A DNA stretch of 64,000 nt, taken from Candidatus Levyibacteriota bacterium (GTDB lineage Bacteria > Patescibacteriota > Microgenomatia > Levybacterales > UBA12049). The notes under the pieces are model-generated. The model saw only the letters and a list, made by a program, of their open reading frames with translations. It made no database searches and had not been told where the DNA came from. The translations under genes and the position numbers were made by a program. This document shows positions 8,940 to 18,048 of the stretch, piece after piece. The stretch spans positions 64,019 through 128,018 of the forward strand of contig JAYRIM010000023.1 in the NCBI GenBank assembly GCA_041906785.1. The letters are read 5' to 3'. Position 1 is the first letter of the stretch. Every line of letters starts with the position of its first letter.

Positions 8940-9614
8940 CTATTTTTCCTTTTTAAATAACTTATATTGTTGAAGAAGAAGAAAAAGAGCTGGCAATAAC
9001 AGAAGATAGAGAAAACCTACCGAACTACTGTGTTTAACTATATATTTATATGTAACATCACTAAAATAATAGAGAGCGATATTTGGCAGCTCAGAAAGTG
9101 CTGTCGCAAAGAAAAATATTCTAAAATTAATCTTACTTAGCCCTGCGATATAACTAATGAAATCCATAATAGGCGCTGTTGTCAAACGAATTCCCAAAAA
9201 TGCTAGAAATTCTTTTTTCCTTGAAACCTTTTCTTCCCAGGCATGTAATTGTTGGAGAGGTACAAAACGTGAAACTAATGGTTTTCGATATACTCGAGCA
9301 ATCCAAAAAGCTATCGATGCACCGATAATAATTCCTAAAAATGCGAATATATAAGACCACAACCATCCATAAATAGGAATTAATAAAAATGATAATATAC
9401 CCCCTGGAATGGGAGGAATAACTACTGCGAGGATACGCCAAATAATTACAATGATGGGAGCGAGAATAACGTGCGCAATTGCAAAAGCCACGATTTGTTC
9501 TTGATTTGCAGGAAACCAAAAAAGAAAAAAAATAATAAGCAAAGAAGTTATGAGAAAAGATATATTAATAAGTCCTCGGGATTTCATAGTAGTATTATCG
9601 GAGAACAAAGGCAT
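8940..9614 (-). CDS. DedA/TVP38/TMEM64-family membrane protein
   Basis: Multi-TM protein with the VIPPIPGG motif characteristic of the DedA/SNARE-associated family. Start overlaps the stop of the upstream ClpB-like gene (TAATG). Confidence 0.65.
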   Translation of the reverse strand: MPLFSDNTTMKSRGLINISFLITSLLIIFFLFWFPANQEQIVAFAIAHVILAPIIVIIWRILAVVIPPIPGGILSFLLIPIYGWLWSYIFAFLGIIIGASIAFWIARVYRKPLVSRFVPLQQLHAWEEKVSRKKEFLAFLGIRLTTAPIMDFISYIAGLSKINFRIFFFATALSELPNIALYYFSDVTYKYIVKHSSSVGFLYLLLLPALFLLLQQYKLFKKEK

Positions 9615-12187
9615 TATTGTACAGCAACTATAATAGTATTCCCTTCATCAGTCGTCATCGTAAGGGTATTACCACGTTGTATCTCATCACGAAGTTTTTT
9701 CTGTGCAATAATATCCTCAACAGTGTCCTGAATATATCGTCGTAAAGGACGAGCACCGAACTGTTGATTAAAGCCTTCTTTCATAACTTTATTAAGAAGT
9801 CTATCATCGTACGAAAATGTTATATCCTGTTCGGCCAATCGCTTTTTAATACCATCTAACATAATTCGTGCTATGGAGCCCATTTCTGCTTCTCCTAAAG
9901 GCTTAAAGATAATAACATCGTCAAATCTATTCAATAATTCAGGTCTAAATAAACCCTTTTTCTGCAATTCATCAAGTAATCTATTCGAAAATTCATCTGT
10001 GACAGCAGAACCCTTTTCAATCTCCTCACGAATAAATTCTGCTCCCGCGTTTGATGTAGCAATAACAATACTGCTCGCAAAACTTACTGTTCGCCCTTTA
10101 TTATCTGTCAATCGTCCATCTTCAAGTACTTGCAAGAATAAATCAAGAATTTTAGGATGCGCTTTTTCAAATTCGTCAAGAAGTACTAAAGAAAATGGAT
10201 GATCTGCAATTTTATCTGTTAGTTCACCCCGCTCTTGTCCTTCACCAGGAGGAGCCCCAAGTAGTCTTTTTTCTCCTTCTATATCTGAATATTCACTCAT
10301 ATCAAGACGTATCATTTTATCTTCTCCACCGAAATAAAGTTCTGCTAACGCTTTCGCTGTTTCTGTTTTACCTACGCCTGTTGGGCCAAGGAAGAGGAAT
10401 GAGATAGGCCGTTTCATTGTGGTCATCCCCGCACGTAATCTTCGCATCGCTTCTGCTATAGCACGAATAGCATCCTCCTGTGCAATAACTCGCTTGTGCA
10501 TCAATTCTTCAAGGTGTAGCAGTATATCTTTTTCTTTCGCCGTGGGTTGGGATATAACAATGTGCGTTTTTTCTTGTATTGCGGTAACAATATCATCACC
10601 TCCAACAAATACTGTTTTCGTCTTACTAAACAAACCGCCAGCACCATGACTACGTGATGCAACAGTGTGGGAAACATCTTCTAAAACATTTACAGCACTT
10701 CCAGGTAATGCAGCTTCCTGGAAAAATCTATCGGCGTAATCTACTGCATTTTCAATTGCTTTGTAAGTCAACACAACTCTATTTTTTTCTTCAACTGCCG
10801 ATGCCCTTTCGAGAACCATTTTCATAGCTGTATGTTTATCTGGCTCTTCTAACTTAATAACAGTAAATGCTTCGAGCAATGAACTTTTTTCAATAAATGT
10901 TTTAAAATTACCTACCGTGACTGTCCCAATAACAGGCGTTTTTCCGGAAGTTAGATAAGGATATAGTGCACCAGATAAATCAATTTCGTAGGATGACGAT
11001 CCTGTAATGTTCTGTAATTCAGGAATGTATATCACTACATTTCCTGAGTGACTAACTTCTTCAATGATGGCTTGTAAACGACTTTCTAATTCTGCACGAT
11101 TTGCAGCGCCTGCGATGAGAGGACCTACCATAAGCTCAAGAACCTTAATATGAGGAACGCTTAATGATGTACTGTGAAGAAAGCTTTCTGTTGCCAATAA
11201 AGATACAAGATTTTCTCTACCACTACCTGGATCACCAACTAAGAGTATACTATTATTTTCTCGTTTAGAAAGAGTCTCAAGCATCTGTATAAATTCTTTT
11301 TCCCTACCAGTAATTTCTGGTTTCTTTTCAAATGCTTCATAAGAAAAATTTACAGTATATTTTTTCGTCTCATATGTCCATCCAGTTGTGAGTCCTTCAC
11401 CAATTCCACTACCATACATATGAACACGGCGTTTTTTCGGTTTTTCCTCATAAGGATACATATGTCTTGCCCAAGAAAGAATTTGCATAAGTTCTTCTTG
11501 TTTCAGTTGATGATTGAAAAGCAATTTGGTTTGTTGTTCTGTTAAAAAAAGATACGATCCGAATATATCAATTGAAGTTATATATGTTCCGCGAACACTT
11601 TTCGCTAGTTCGGCTGCATAGGTTATAACCTGTGTTAATGGAATATCTAGCAGCTGTATCGATTGCTTTTCAACTGGAATTTTATTCATTATGAATTGGA
11701 CTTGTTCATAATCCAGTAAGGAATATACAACTTGTTTTGTATTCTGATATACCAAAATTTTTTCTAATGCCTCTCGAGTCATCGATTCATACCAATTTTG
11801 ATCTTTATTATTTACTACTGAAATAACGGGTAAAACCTTTGCTATTTTATGCCTAAAGAAAAGCTCGATCTGTAAAGTAACAGAAAGGAAAAAAAGTGGA
11901 AGTTTTATATTTCCATGTTCACGAAATGTATTAAAAAACCAAACAGAAATGAAAAAAAGAACAACGACTCGTAATGTTCTCATAAGCGCTGTCTTATAAA
12001 AGTGATAAATCTTTGTATACGCCACCATATTTAAAAATGTATAAAAAGCTGAACGATAGTTACAACAGGCCAGGCCAGAAATAAAAGGAGAAATGCAATT
12101 TGAAATATTAGGATAACTGATAATAAAAGGAAACTGATAAGGATAAGTAATGTTTTTATACCTATTCCCATTCCTATTGAAAACCAA
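9614..12187 (-). CDS. Membrane-anchored ClpB/ClpC-like double-AAA+ protein with a degenerate first Walker A and no M-domain
   Basis: N-terminus from MRTLRVVVLFFISVWFF (probable start near 11983) has about 2 TM helices. NBD1 Walker A reads GDPGSGRE instead of GxxGxGKT. NBD2 is intact: GPTGVGKTETAKALAE, LVLLDEFEKAHP, sensor RPELLNRFDDVIIF. No IGF/LGF ClpP loop. Confidence 0.75.
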   Translation of the reverse strand: MVFNRNGNRYKNITYPYQFPFIISYPNISNCISPFISGLACCNYRSAFYTFLNMVAYTKIYHFYKTALMRTLRVVVLFFISVWFFNTFREHGNIKLPLFFLSVTLQIELFFRHKIAKVLPVISVVNNKDQNWYESMTREALEKILVYQNTKQVVYSLLDYEQVQFIMNKIPVEKQSIQLLDIPLTQVITYAAELAKSVRGTYITSIDIFGSYLFLTEQQTKLLFNHQLKQEELMQILSWARHMYPYEEKPKKRRVHMYGSGIGEGLTTGWTYETKKYTVNFSYEAFEKKPEITGREKEFIQMLETLSKRENNSILLVGDPGSGRENLVSLLATESFLHSTSLSVPHIKVLELMVGPLIAGAANRAELESRLQAIIEEVSHSGNVVIYIPELQNITGSSSYEIDLSGALYPYLTSGKTPVIGTVTVGNFKTFIEKSSLLEAFTVIKLEEPDKHTAMKMVLERASAVEEKNRVVLTYKAIENAVDYADRFFQEAALPGSAVNVLEDVSHTVASRSHGAGGLFSKTKTVFVGGDDIVTAIQEKTHIVISQPTAKEKDILLHLEELMHKRVIAQEDAIRAIAEAMRRLRAGMTTMKRPISFLFLGPTGVGKTETAKALAELYFGGEDKMIRLDMSEYSDIEGEKRLLGAPPGEGQERGELTDKIADHPFSLVLLDEFEKAHPKILDLFLQVLEDGRLTDNKGRTVSFASSIVIATSNAGAEFIREEIEKGSAVTDEFSNRLLDELQKKGLFRPELLNRFDDVIIFKPLGEAEMGSIARIMLDGIKKRLAEQDITFSYDDRLLNKVMKEGFNQQFGARPLRRYIQDTVEDIIAQKKLRDEIQRGNTLTMTTDEGNTIIVAVQ

Positions 12188-12366
12188 ATTAATCCTTGTC
12201 TATACTCATTTTTAAGAGGCTGGAAAAATGTACGAAGTAAAAGTGGTAAAGAAAATAATTGTAAAAATGCAGTGTTAAATGATAAAAAATAACGGATAAT
12301 TTCTTCAGGAGCTTCCCGATACCAAAATTTTAAAAAATCTATAGGAAGAAATAAATATGTTTGCAT
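12031..12366 (-). CDS. Small hypothetical polytopic membrane protein
   Basis: 111-aa hydrophobic ORF directly upstream of the ClpB-like gene, in a different frame. No recognisable family. Confidence 0.3.
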   Translation of the reverse strand: MQTYLFLPIDFLKFWYREAPEEIIRYFLSFNTAFLQLFSLPLLLRTFFQPLKNEYRQGLIWFSIGMGIGIKTLLILISFLLLSVILIFQIAFLLLFLAWPVVTIVQLFIHF

Positions 12367-12405
12367 ATAGCTAGTATAGAAACGATATATGAAAATTACA
12401 AATAG

Positions 12406-12996
12406 CTAGCGTTTAATGAAGCTGAGTTTTTCAAACAAGAGAAAAGATGCGGCAACAGTTCCTGTAGACCAGATCTCTCCTTTCATAATCATACGATATA
12501 CCTCTTCAAACGATAATGTTAAGAGTTCAATATCTTCTGTTATTTCAAGTACTGGTTTTTGTTTTAAAAAAACATCTTTCGCAATAAACATATAAATGTT
12601 ACCTAGTTCTTTGGAAGGATTGTGATTGAACTTTGCTAAAAAGGAGATGGAATCGGATGTGTATCCTGTTTCTTCTAATAATTCTCTTTTTGCAGCTTCG
12701 AATGGGATTTCGTTTTCATCAATATATCCTGCAGGATATTCAATCATAAACTCTCCAACTGCGTGTTTGTACTGTTTTTCTAGAATCAACTTATAATCTT
12801 TCGTTACAGGAATTACCTGTGCAACAGATTTATCCTGCCAAATATAATAGTCGTCAAGAATTTTCCCATTTGGAAGTTGGACTGTGTCCTGGCGAACTTT
12901 AAACCACTTATGATCAAGAGCGAGTCGAGAAGAAAGAGTTTTCCATTTCTTCATATGAATTCCACACAGTATCTCATGTATATTAATCCTTTGCAA
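12406..12996 (-). CDS. NUDIX hydrolase (ADP-ribose/nucleoside diphosphate pyrophosphatase-like)
   Basis: Nudix box GYIDENEIPFEAAKRELLEETGY (GX5EX7REUXEEXGU). The track's first codon is TTG; a likelier ATG start is at 12954 (MKKWKT…). Confidence 0.8.
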   Translation of the reverse strand: MQRINIHEILCGIHMKKWKTLSSRLALDHKWFKVRQDTVQLPNGKILDDYYIWQDKSVAQVIPVTKDYKLILEKQYKHAVGEFMIEYPAGYIDENEIPFEAAKRELLEETGYTSDSISFLAKFNHNPSKELGNIYMFIAKDVFLKQKPVLEITEDIELLTLSFEEVYRMIMKGEIWSTGTVAASFLLFEKLSFIKR

Positions 12997-13321
12997 GGCT
13001 ATTTAGAAAAGAAGAAATAATGGAAAGAAGGACACTAAATAATAAAGCCCACCAAAAAGAGTTTACTCGAAATCCTTCAATAAGAAGGTCTGTAAGAGAA
13101 ATCATTAATGCATTGAGAACAAGCGCAAAAACACCCAATGTAACCAATGTTATGGGGAGTGTTAGGAAAAACAGAATTGGCTTAATTGAGGCGTTAATAA
13201 TGCCTAATACCAATGCAACAATTAAAGCAGTTACAAACGAATCAACATACACTCCTGGTAATAAATATGCCGCAACGAAAACAGCCATTCCACTTATAAA
13301 CCAGTTAATTAATATTTTCAT
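12983..13321 (-). CDS. DUF360 / phage-holin-4-superfamily small membrane protein
   Basis: 112 aa, about 3-4 TM, with GMAVFVAAYLLPGVYVDSFVTALIVALVLGIINASIKPIL matching the DUF360 (YvlD/YqxA-like) pattern. Its ATG overlaps the ClpC-NBD2 stop as ATGA. Confidence 0.6.
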   Translation of the reverse strand: MKILINWFISGMAVFVAAYLLPGVYVDSFVTALIVALVLGIINASIKPILFFLTLPITLVTLGVFALVLNALMISLTDLLIEGFRVNSFWWALLFSVLLSIISSFLNSLAKD

Positions 13322-14979
13322 GATGATTCATGTAATCCATCTACACCTGAAGCATTTATTTCCCCATTTTCTAGTACAGAAACATGAGCTTGTTCGTTCG
13401 CATAGTTTTGTGAGCCTAGACCTACTGTAGCACTTGTTCCTCCTGCCACATATGCTCCACCTGAAGCATAGTTTGGCGGCGGAGTACCTTGAATGAATTG
13501 ATTTGTAAATGATTGATTAGTTTGCACAGATGGCTCATCAGACGGATTTATAGAAGGTGTTGCTGTTGGGTGAGTCGAATCTGGAGACAAAACACTTAAA
13601 GGATCAAAAGATGTCGCTACTGTAGGCGCTGATTGGCCCGTCGAAGGAACTGTCTGCTGTCCATAAACATAAGGTTGCTGTGATAACTGTGGCGTTTGAG
13701 TACTAGAAACTTGAGGTTGAGTATGCTGATCAGGTTGGTCTGTTGTTGGCTGAACCGTGGGGTTGTTTGTCTCCAAAGTAGCTTGAGCTGGCTGTTTTCC
13801 ACCTTCAGGTTTTTTAAACAAGAATTGGTTTGTTCTCGTGTCGTAATCTATCACAATAGTATCTCCTTGAACAAATTGTTTCCCGATGATTTGCAGCGCT
13901 ATTGGATTTTCTATAGATGTCTGGATTAACCTGCGCAACGGACGAGCACCGTACATTGGGTCATAACCTTCTTGTGCAAGCTTATTTAATGCTCTATCGG
14001 TTACTTTTACTGCAAATCCTTGTTCTTTTAATAATTTTGCAGTTTTTTCAAGACCTCGTTTCGCAATACCTACCATATCAGATCTCTGCAGTGGTTTAAA
14101 AATAACAATATCATCATAACGATTAAGTAATTCTGGCCGGAAAAATTTCCGTAGTTCAGTATTAACGACTGTTGATAGTTCAGCAAAATCTTTTTCATAT
14201 TGTTCTTTTGATTTTTCTTTTTTCGCATCTTGTTCACCTAATTTTTCAGTGATCATACCACTACCTATATTAGATGTACAAATGACTATAGTGTTTTTAA
14301 AGGATATCGTATTTCCTTTATTATCAGTTAAACGTCCGTCTTCTAAAAGCTGTAACAGAATATTAAAAACATCAGGATGTGCTTTTTCAACTTCATCAAG
14401 AAGGACTATTGAATATGGTTTCGCTCGAACTGCTTCGGTTAATTGTCCACCTTCTTCATATCCTACATACCCAGGAGGAGCGCCTATTAACTTAGCCACT
14501 TCATGTTTTTCCATATACTCTGACATATCTAAACGAACCATTGCATCATCACGTCCGAATAAAATTTCAGCAAGAGTTTTTGCTAATTCTGTCTTTCCTG
14601 TTCCGGAAGGTCCTAAAAATATAAAAGAGGCAATAGGTCTCTGTCCGCTTGCTAAACCAATTCTGCCACGGCGTACTGCTTCTGCAACTTTAACCACTGC
14701 TTCTTCCTGATCAACAAGTCGAAGATGGATTCTATCTTCAAGTTGCAAGAGTTTTGCGCTTTCATCCTCTGTCAACTTAGAAATTGGTATCCCTGTCCAA
14801 CTACTTACCACATTTTCAACATCACGCTTTGTAACAGCCATGCTATTTTCAACAGGTTCTGGTGTAGTTTGCTTACTCGGTGTAGGTGTACCAGGAGCAG
14901 CAGAAACTGGCTGGACTTCTGTCGCTTGTTGTTTTTCTTCTTTTACATTTACTGTATTTTGGGTATTTTTATCGTTCAT
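13318..14979 (-). CDS. clpC: ClpC/ClpA-type chaperone, C-terminal half (NBD2/D2 AAA+ module) as a separate ORF with a Gln/Thr/Pro-rich C-terminal tail
   Basis: Begins MNDKNTQ…VTKRDVENVVSSWTGIPISKL (canonical D2 start). Walker A GPSGTGKTELAKTLAE, Walker B IVLLDEVEKAHPDVFNILLQLLEDGRLTD, sensor-2 RPELLNRYDDIVIFKPL. No [LIV]G[FL] ClpP-docking loop. Long PTVQPTTDQPDQHTQPQVSSTQTPQ tail. Confidence 0.85.
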   Translation of the reverse strand: MNDKNTQNTVNVKEEKQQATEVQPVSAAPGTPTPSKQTTPEPVENSMAVTKRDVENVVSSWTGIPISKLTEDESAKLLQLEDRIHLRLVDQEEAVVKVAEAVRRGRIGLASGQRPIASFIFLGPSGTGKTELAKTLAEILFGRDDAMVRLDMSEYMEKHEVAKLIGAPPGYVGYEEGGQLTEAVRAKPYSIVLLDEVEKAHPDVFNILLQLLEDGRLTDNKGNTISFKNTIVICTSNIGSGMITEKLGEQDAKKEKSKEQYEKDFAELSTVVNTELRKFFRPELLNRYDDIVIFKPLQRSDMVGIAKRGLEKTAKLLKEQGFAVKVTDRALNKLAQEGYDPMYGARPLRRLIQTSIENPIALQIIGKQFVQGDTIVIDYDTRTNQFLFKKPEGGKQPAQATLETNNPTVQPTTDQPDQHTQPQVSSTQTPQLSQQPYVYGQQTVPSTGQSAPTVATSFDPLSVLSPDSTHPTATPSINPSDEPSVQTNQSFTNQFIQGTPPPNYASGGAYVAGGTSATVGLGSQNYANEQAHVSVLENGEINASGVDGLHESS

Positions 14980-14981
14980 AT

Positions 14982-16628
14982 TTATACAGTTGGTGGTGGC
15001 GCAAAATCAGCAACTGTTGGCGCGCCATATCCTTGGATAGCACCTACTGGTCCATTTCCAATTTGTTCTTGCGCACTTGGTTCTGAGACACTCATCGGCG
15101 CACCTGGAGCAATTGACTCTTGCTCTGCCACCTCTTCTTTTGGTTTCTCTGTTTCTGTTTCTTTTTTATCAGAGCCAGGCTCAGTTTTAATTACTTCTAC
15201 TAATTCCTGCTGTGAATCTGTTTTATTTGAACCGATACGAGGAAGATGCGTTTCAGAACGGCCAAGTTTCACCCATGCAGCTGCTTCATCAAGTAAATCA
15301 ACAGCTTTATCAGGAAGATATCGCTCACCAATATATTTCTTAGATAATTTCACTGCTGCTTCAATTGTTGCATCGCTGATCGTAACACCATGGAACCGCT
15401 CATATTTAGACTTTAACACTTTTAACATCTCCATTGCTGCTTCTTCACTTGGCTCTTCAGCAAGCACAGGCTGGAATCGTCGCTCTAAGGCTTTATCTTT
15501 CTCAAAATTTTTTCTATATTCCATAGTAGTTGTCGCACCAATAATTTGCAATTGGCCACGAGCCAAATGAGGTTTAATTATATTTGACGCATTCATCGAA
15601 TCTCCACCGTCTCCCCCCGCACCCATAAGAATATGAATTTCATCAATAAAAAGAATAACTTGTCCAGCAGCAGCCATCGCTTCCTGGATGACAGTTCGTA
15701 ACCGTTCTTCAAATTCTCCACGATGACTCGCACCCGCAACAATAGATGATAAATCTAACTGAATAATCCGTTTATTAAGTAATTCTTTCGGTGCACTTCC
15801 AGCGACTATCGCTTGCGCTAATCCTTCTATAATGGCAGTTTTTCCTACACCTGCTTCTCCGATAATAATCGGGTTGTTTTTTGTTCTTCTGAGTAGGATA
15901 TGAACAAGTCTGTCAATCTCTTTATCTCTTCCGGCAATTGGATCTAGTTTACCTTCACGAGCTTGCTGGGTTAAATCAATACCAAACCGATCTAATACTG
16001 ACTTTTTCCCATATGCAGACCCATGGGTTTTGGCTAATTTATCCTGAACCTGTTCTTTCTGCATACCTTGTGTCTGTAATAAATTTGAAGTAGGTAACGT
16101 GTCTGAATATAAAGCTAATAATACATCCTCAGGTGTTATAAATGCGGATTCGCGGGATTTCGCATCTCGATACGCTTGTTCGAACACTTGTCTCGACTTA
16201 TCACTGAGGGTGGGCTGTCCCATAAATGATCCTGGTTGTTCTTTACTTTGAATTTCTCTGGTGACTTTTGCTGGATCAACAGAAAAATCTTCAAGTAATT
16301 TAAAAATATCTTCATCATAGAGTAAACCTATGAGAATCTGTTCAGGCTCAATAAAAGGTTGTCTAATTCTTTTCGTTTCCTCCTGTGCGTGTTGAAGAAC
16401 CTGTGTTGCTCGTTGATCTAAATGAGAAAGCGCTGACAAGTTTTGACGAAATGAAGCATTCATTTTAGAACCACCCATCTCTATCTGAGGATTCTGGGGT
16501 GGGGTATTGATGCCTCCACTACCGGACGATTGCATACCTGGCTGCTGTTGAGGGACACCTGCAGCCTGCGATTGCTGCATTGGTGGTGTTTCCTGTTTTT
16601 TAGATTGACTAAATAAATTACCAAACAT
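14982..16628 (-). CDS. clpC: ClpC/ClpA-type chaperone, N-terminal half (Q-rich extension + Clp-N repeats + NBD1/D1 AAA+ module) as a separate ORF
   Basis: Clp N-domain repeats, Walker [17 protein letters not shown], Walker [10 protein letters not shown], then [14 protein letters not shown]. It then runs into a disordered E/K/T/P-rich tail instead of an M-domain. Stop TAA at 14984..14982 is followed 2 nt later by the ATG of the NBD2 ORF (TAATATG). Confidence 0.85.
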   Translation of the reverse strand: MFGNLFSQSKKQETPPMQQSQAAGVPQQQPGMQSSGSGGINTPPQNPQIEMGGSKMNASFRQNLSALSHLDQRATQVLQHAQEETKRIRQPFIEPEQILIGLLYDEDIFKLLEDFSVDPAKVTREIQSKEQPGSFMGQPTLSDKSRQVFEQAYRDAKSRESAFITPEDVLLALYSDTLPTSNLLQTQGMQKEQVQDKLAKTHGSAYGKKSVLDRFGIDLTQQAREGKLDPIAGRDKEIDRLVHILLRRTKNNPIIIGEAGVGKTAIIEGLAQAIVAGSAPKELLNKRIIQLDLSSIVAGASHRGEFEERLRTVIQEAMAAAGQVILFIDEIHILMGAGGDGGDSMNASNIIKPHLARGQLQIIGATTTMEYRKNFEKDKALERRFQPVLAEEPSEEAAMEMLKVLKSKYERFHGVTISDATIEAAVKLSKKYIGERYLPDKAVDLLDEAAAWVKLGRSETHLPRIGSNKTDSQQELVEVIKTEPGSDKKETETEKPKEEVAEQESIAPGAPMSVSEPSAQEQIGNGPVGAIQGYGAPTVADFAPPPTV

Positions 16629-16683
16629 AGTACTTACTTACCATTGTGTCGTCTTTCACAAGAATCGTCAAGTCCTCTGCCAT

Positions 16684-17100
16684 TTAACCGAATCCAGGGA
16701 TTTTAAGAATATCTTGTGTGATAACTTCGATGAACAGAAATCCAAAAACAGCGAGAAATAATCCTATTAGCGCATACATAATATAACTTTTTCCATTACT
16801 TAACTGTTGTGGATTACCTCTAGAAGTCATGATTAAATATCCGCCTATAATGATAAATAATAAAGAAAGACCACCAACTAGTCCTAAGCCCCATTTGTAA
16901 TATGTCTCAACAAATGAACCGACATCTGTGGGAATACAACCAAGATCTGATTTCACGCAGTTATCTTCTGCCAATGCATACGGGAGAGTATTTTTATTCG
17001 TTAGAAAAAACGAGAGGAAAAATAGAAAAAATAAGCCACGTTTAAAGGCAGTCATATATTCATCGTAACAGAGGATAAACAGAATTACAACATTGCACAA
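16684..17100 (-). CDS. Small secreted 2-TM protein, VirB2/TrbC-pilin-like topology (tentative)
   Basis: Signal-peptide-like N-terminus (probable start MTAFKRGLFFLFFLSFFL… near 17055), AxA-type cleavage site (YALA|EDN), Cys-containing short mature N-terminus, then two hydrophobic helices with GG motifs. Assignment rests on topology only. Confidence 0.35.
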   Translation of the reverse strand: MCNVVILFILCYDEYMTAFKRGLFFLFFLSFFLTNKNTLPYALAEDNCVKSDLGCIPTDVGSFVETYYKWGLGLVGGLSLLFIIIGGYLIMTSRGNPQQLSNGKSYIMYALIGLFLAVFGFLFIEVITQDILKIPGFG

Positions 17101-17163
17101 AATAAAGCTTGATTGCCTGTCTTATCAAAGAAAATGATAAGACAATACAATATCTTAAGTTAT

Positions 17164-18048
17164 CTATATTTGATACTTTTTTAACTTATTTGAATAATGA
17201 TTGAGAACAGATTTTCTATAATCAAATGGATGAAATGCTAAAAATGCGTCAGTTACTACTTCTGTCGTTAACGTCTTTCGTATCGAAAACAATTGAATTT
17301 TTTTTAAGAACAAATTTAATAAATAGAAGGCGGGCAGTACACTTACCATAAACAAATTTTTAACCAAACTTACTCTTTTCTGATAAAACAGTCTTTTCTC
17401 TTTTACATTTGGCATAAAAGCATATATCCACGCATTTTCTTGAAGGAGTTTTCTATATATATGTTTTTTATCCACAAGAGGATAAAGTTGTGCTAATTCA
17501 TGAGCTGTATAAACATCTTGCCGGTTTTTAGGAAAAACACATGAGTTCTCATCGATCATCATATTAATACACACGGTATTACTCTCATTATGCTGGTTTT
17601 TCTTCCTACGCACACCTAAAAACTCTAAGAGTATTAACATTAAGAAGCGAGAAATCCACAGGGTTTTTTTACTAGCAATAATAAAAAAATCTATATCATC
17701 ATCTCTTTCTGCGTTTTTTGCTGCTAGACTTCCACTTATCCCTATAAACTGTATGGTCGGGATGTTAGATAGTATATTTGCAATTTTTTTAGCTAAAGCA
17801 ATTTTTTTTCGATTCTCGTACTGTAATGAAATTCGTCTTTCAATAATAGATTCTCTATCTGCAAAAGAAAAAAATCCTCTTTTTTGAACGATTATGTCTT
17901 TTAAACTGTTAAGTGCTTTATTAAAATCTCCTTTATGTATTGGTTTTTTACTTTTTAAGTAATACCAAAGTTCCTTTTTCGTTAAAGGATAATTAAATAA
18001 ATCACTATAAATCAATGTCTGTAGAACTTGTTTTCTATAATATTCCAT
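17164..18048 (-). CDS. Polymerase-beta-superfamily nucleotidyltransferase-like protein
   Basis: GISGSLAAKNAERDDDIDFFII fits the G[SG]x(9-13)[DE]x[DE] NTase signature. About 90 aa of N-terminal and about 170 aa of C-terminal sequence of unknown fold. Its start overlaps the upstream SBP gene by 14 nt. Confidence 0.45.
   Translation of the reverse strand: MEYYRKQVLQTLIYSDLFNYPLTKKELWYYLKSKKPIHKGDFNKALNSLKDIIVQKRGFFSFADRESIIERRISLQYENRKKIALAKKIANILSNIPTIQFIGISGSLAAKNAERDDDIDFFIIASKKTLWISRFLMLILLEFLGVRRKKNQHNESNTVCINMMIDENSCVFPKNRQDVYTAHELAQLYPLVDKKHIYRKLLQENAWIYAFMPNVKEKRLFYQKRVSLVKNLFMVSVLPAFYLLNLFLKKIQLFSIRKTLTTEVVTDAFLAFHPFDYRKSVLNHYSNKLKKYQI

Noticed and set aside
9154-9731. Several 65-121-aa ORFs nested in or opposite the DedA gene
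   Set aside because: They overlap a well-supported membrane-protein frame and have no independent support.
12031-12366. Considered whether the 111-aa membrane ORF is a frameshifted N-terminal extension of the ClpB-like gene
   Set aside because: It ends with a stop 45 nt before the ClpB-like ATG, in a different frame. The ClpB-like protein already has its own TM helices after M69. Kept as a separate low-confidence gene.
14725-15570. 281-aa + strand ORF (and 14840..15086 ORFs)
   Set aside because: Antisense to the ClpC N/NBD1 gene and the NBD2 tail. Cys/Ser-rich low-complexity translation typical of reverse-strand reading of a conserved gene.
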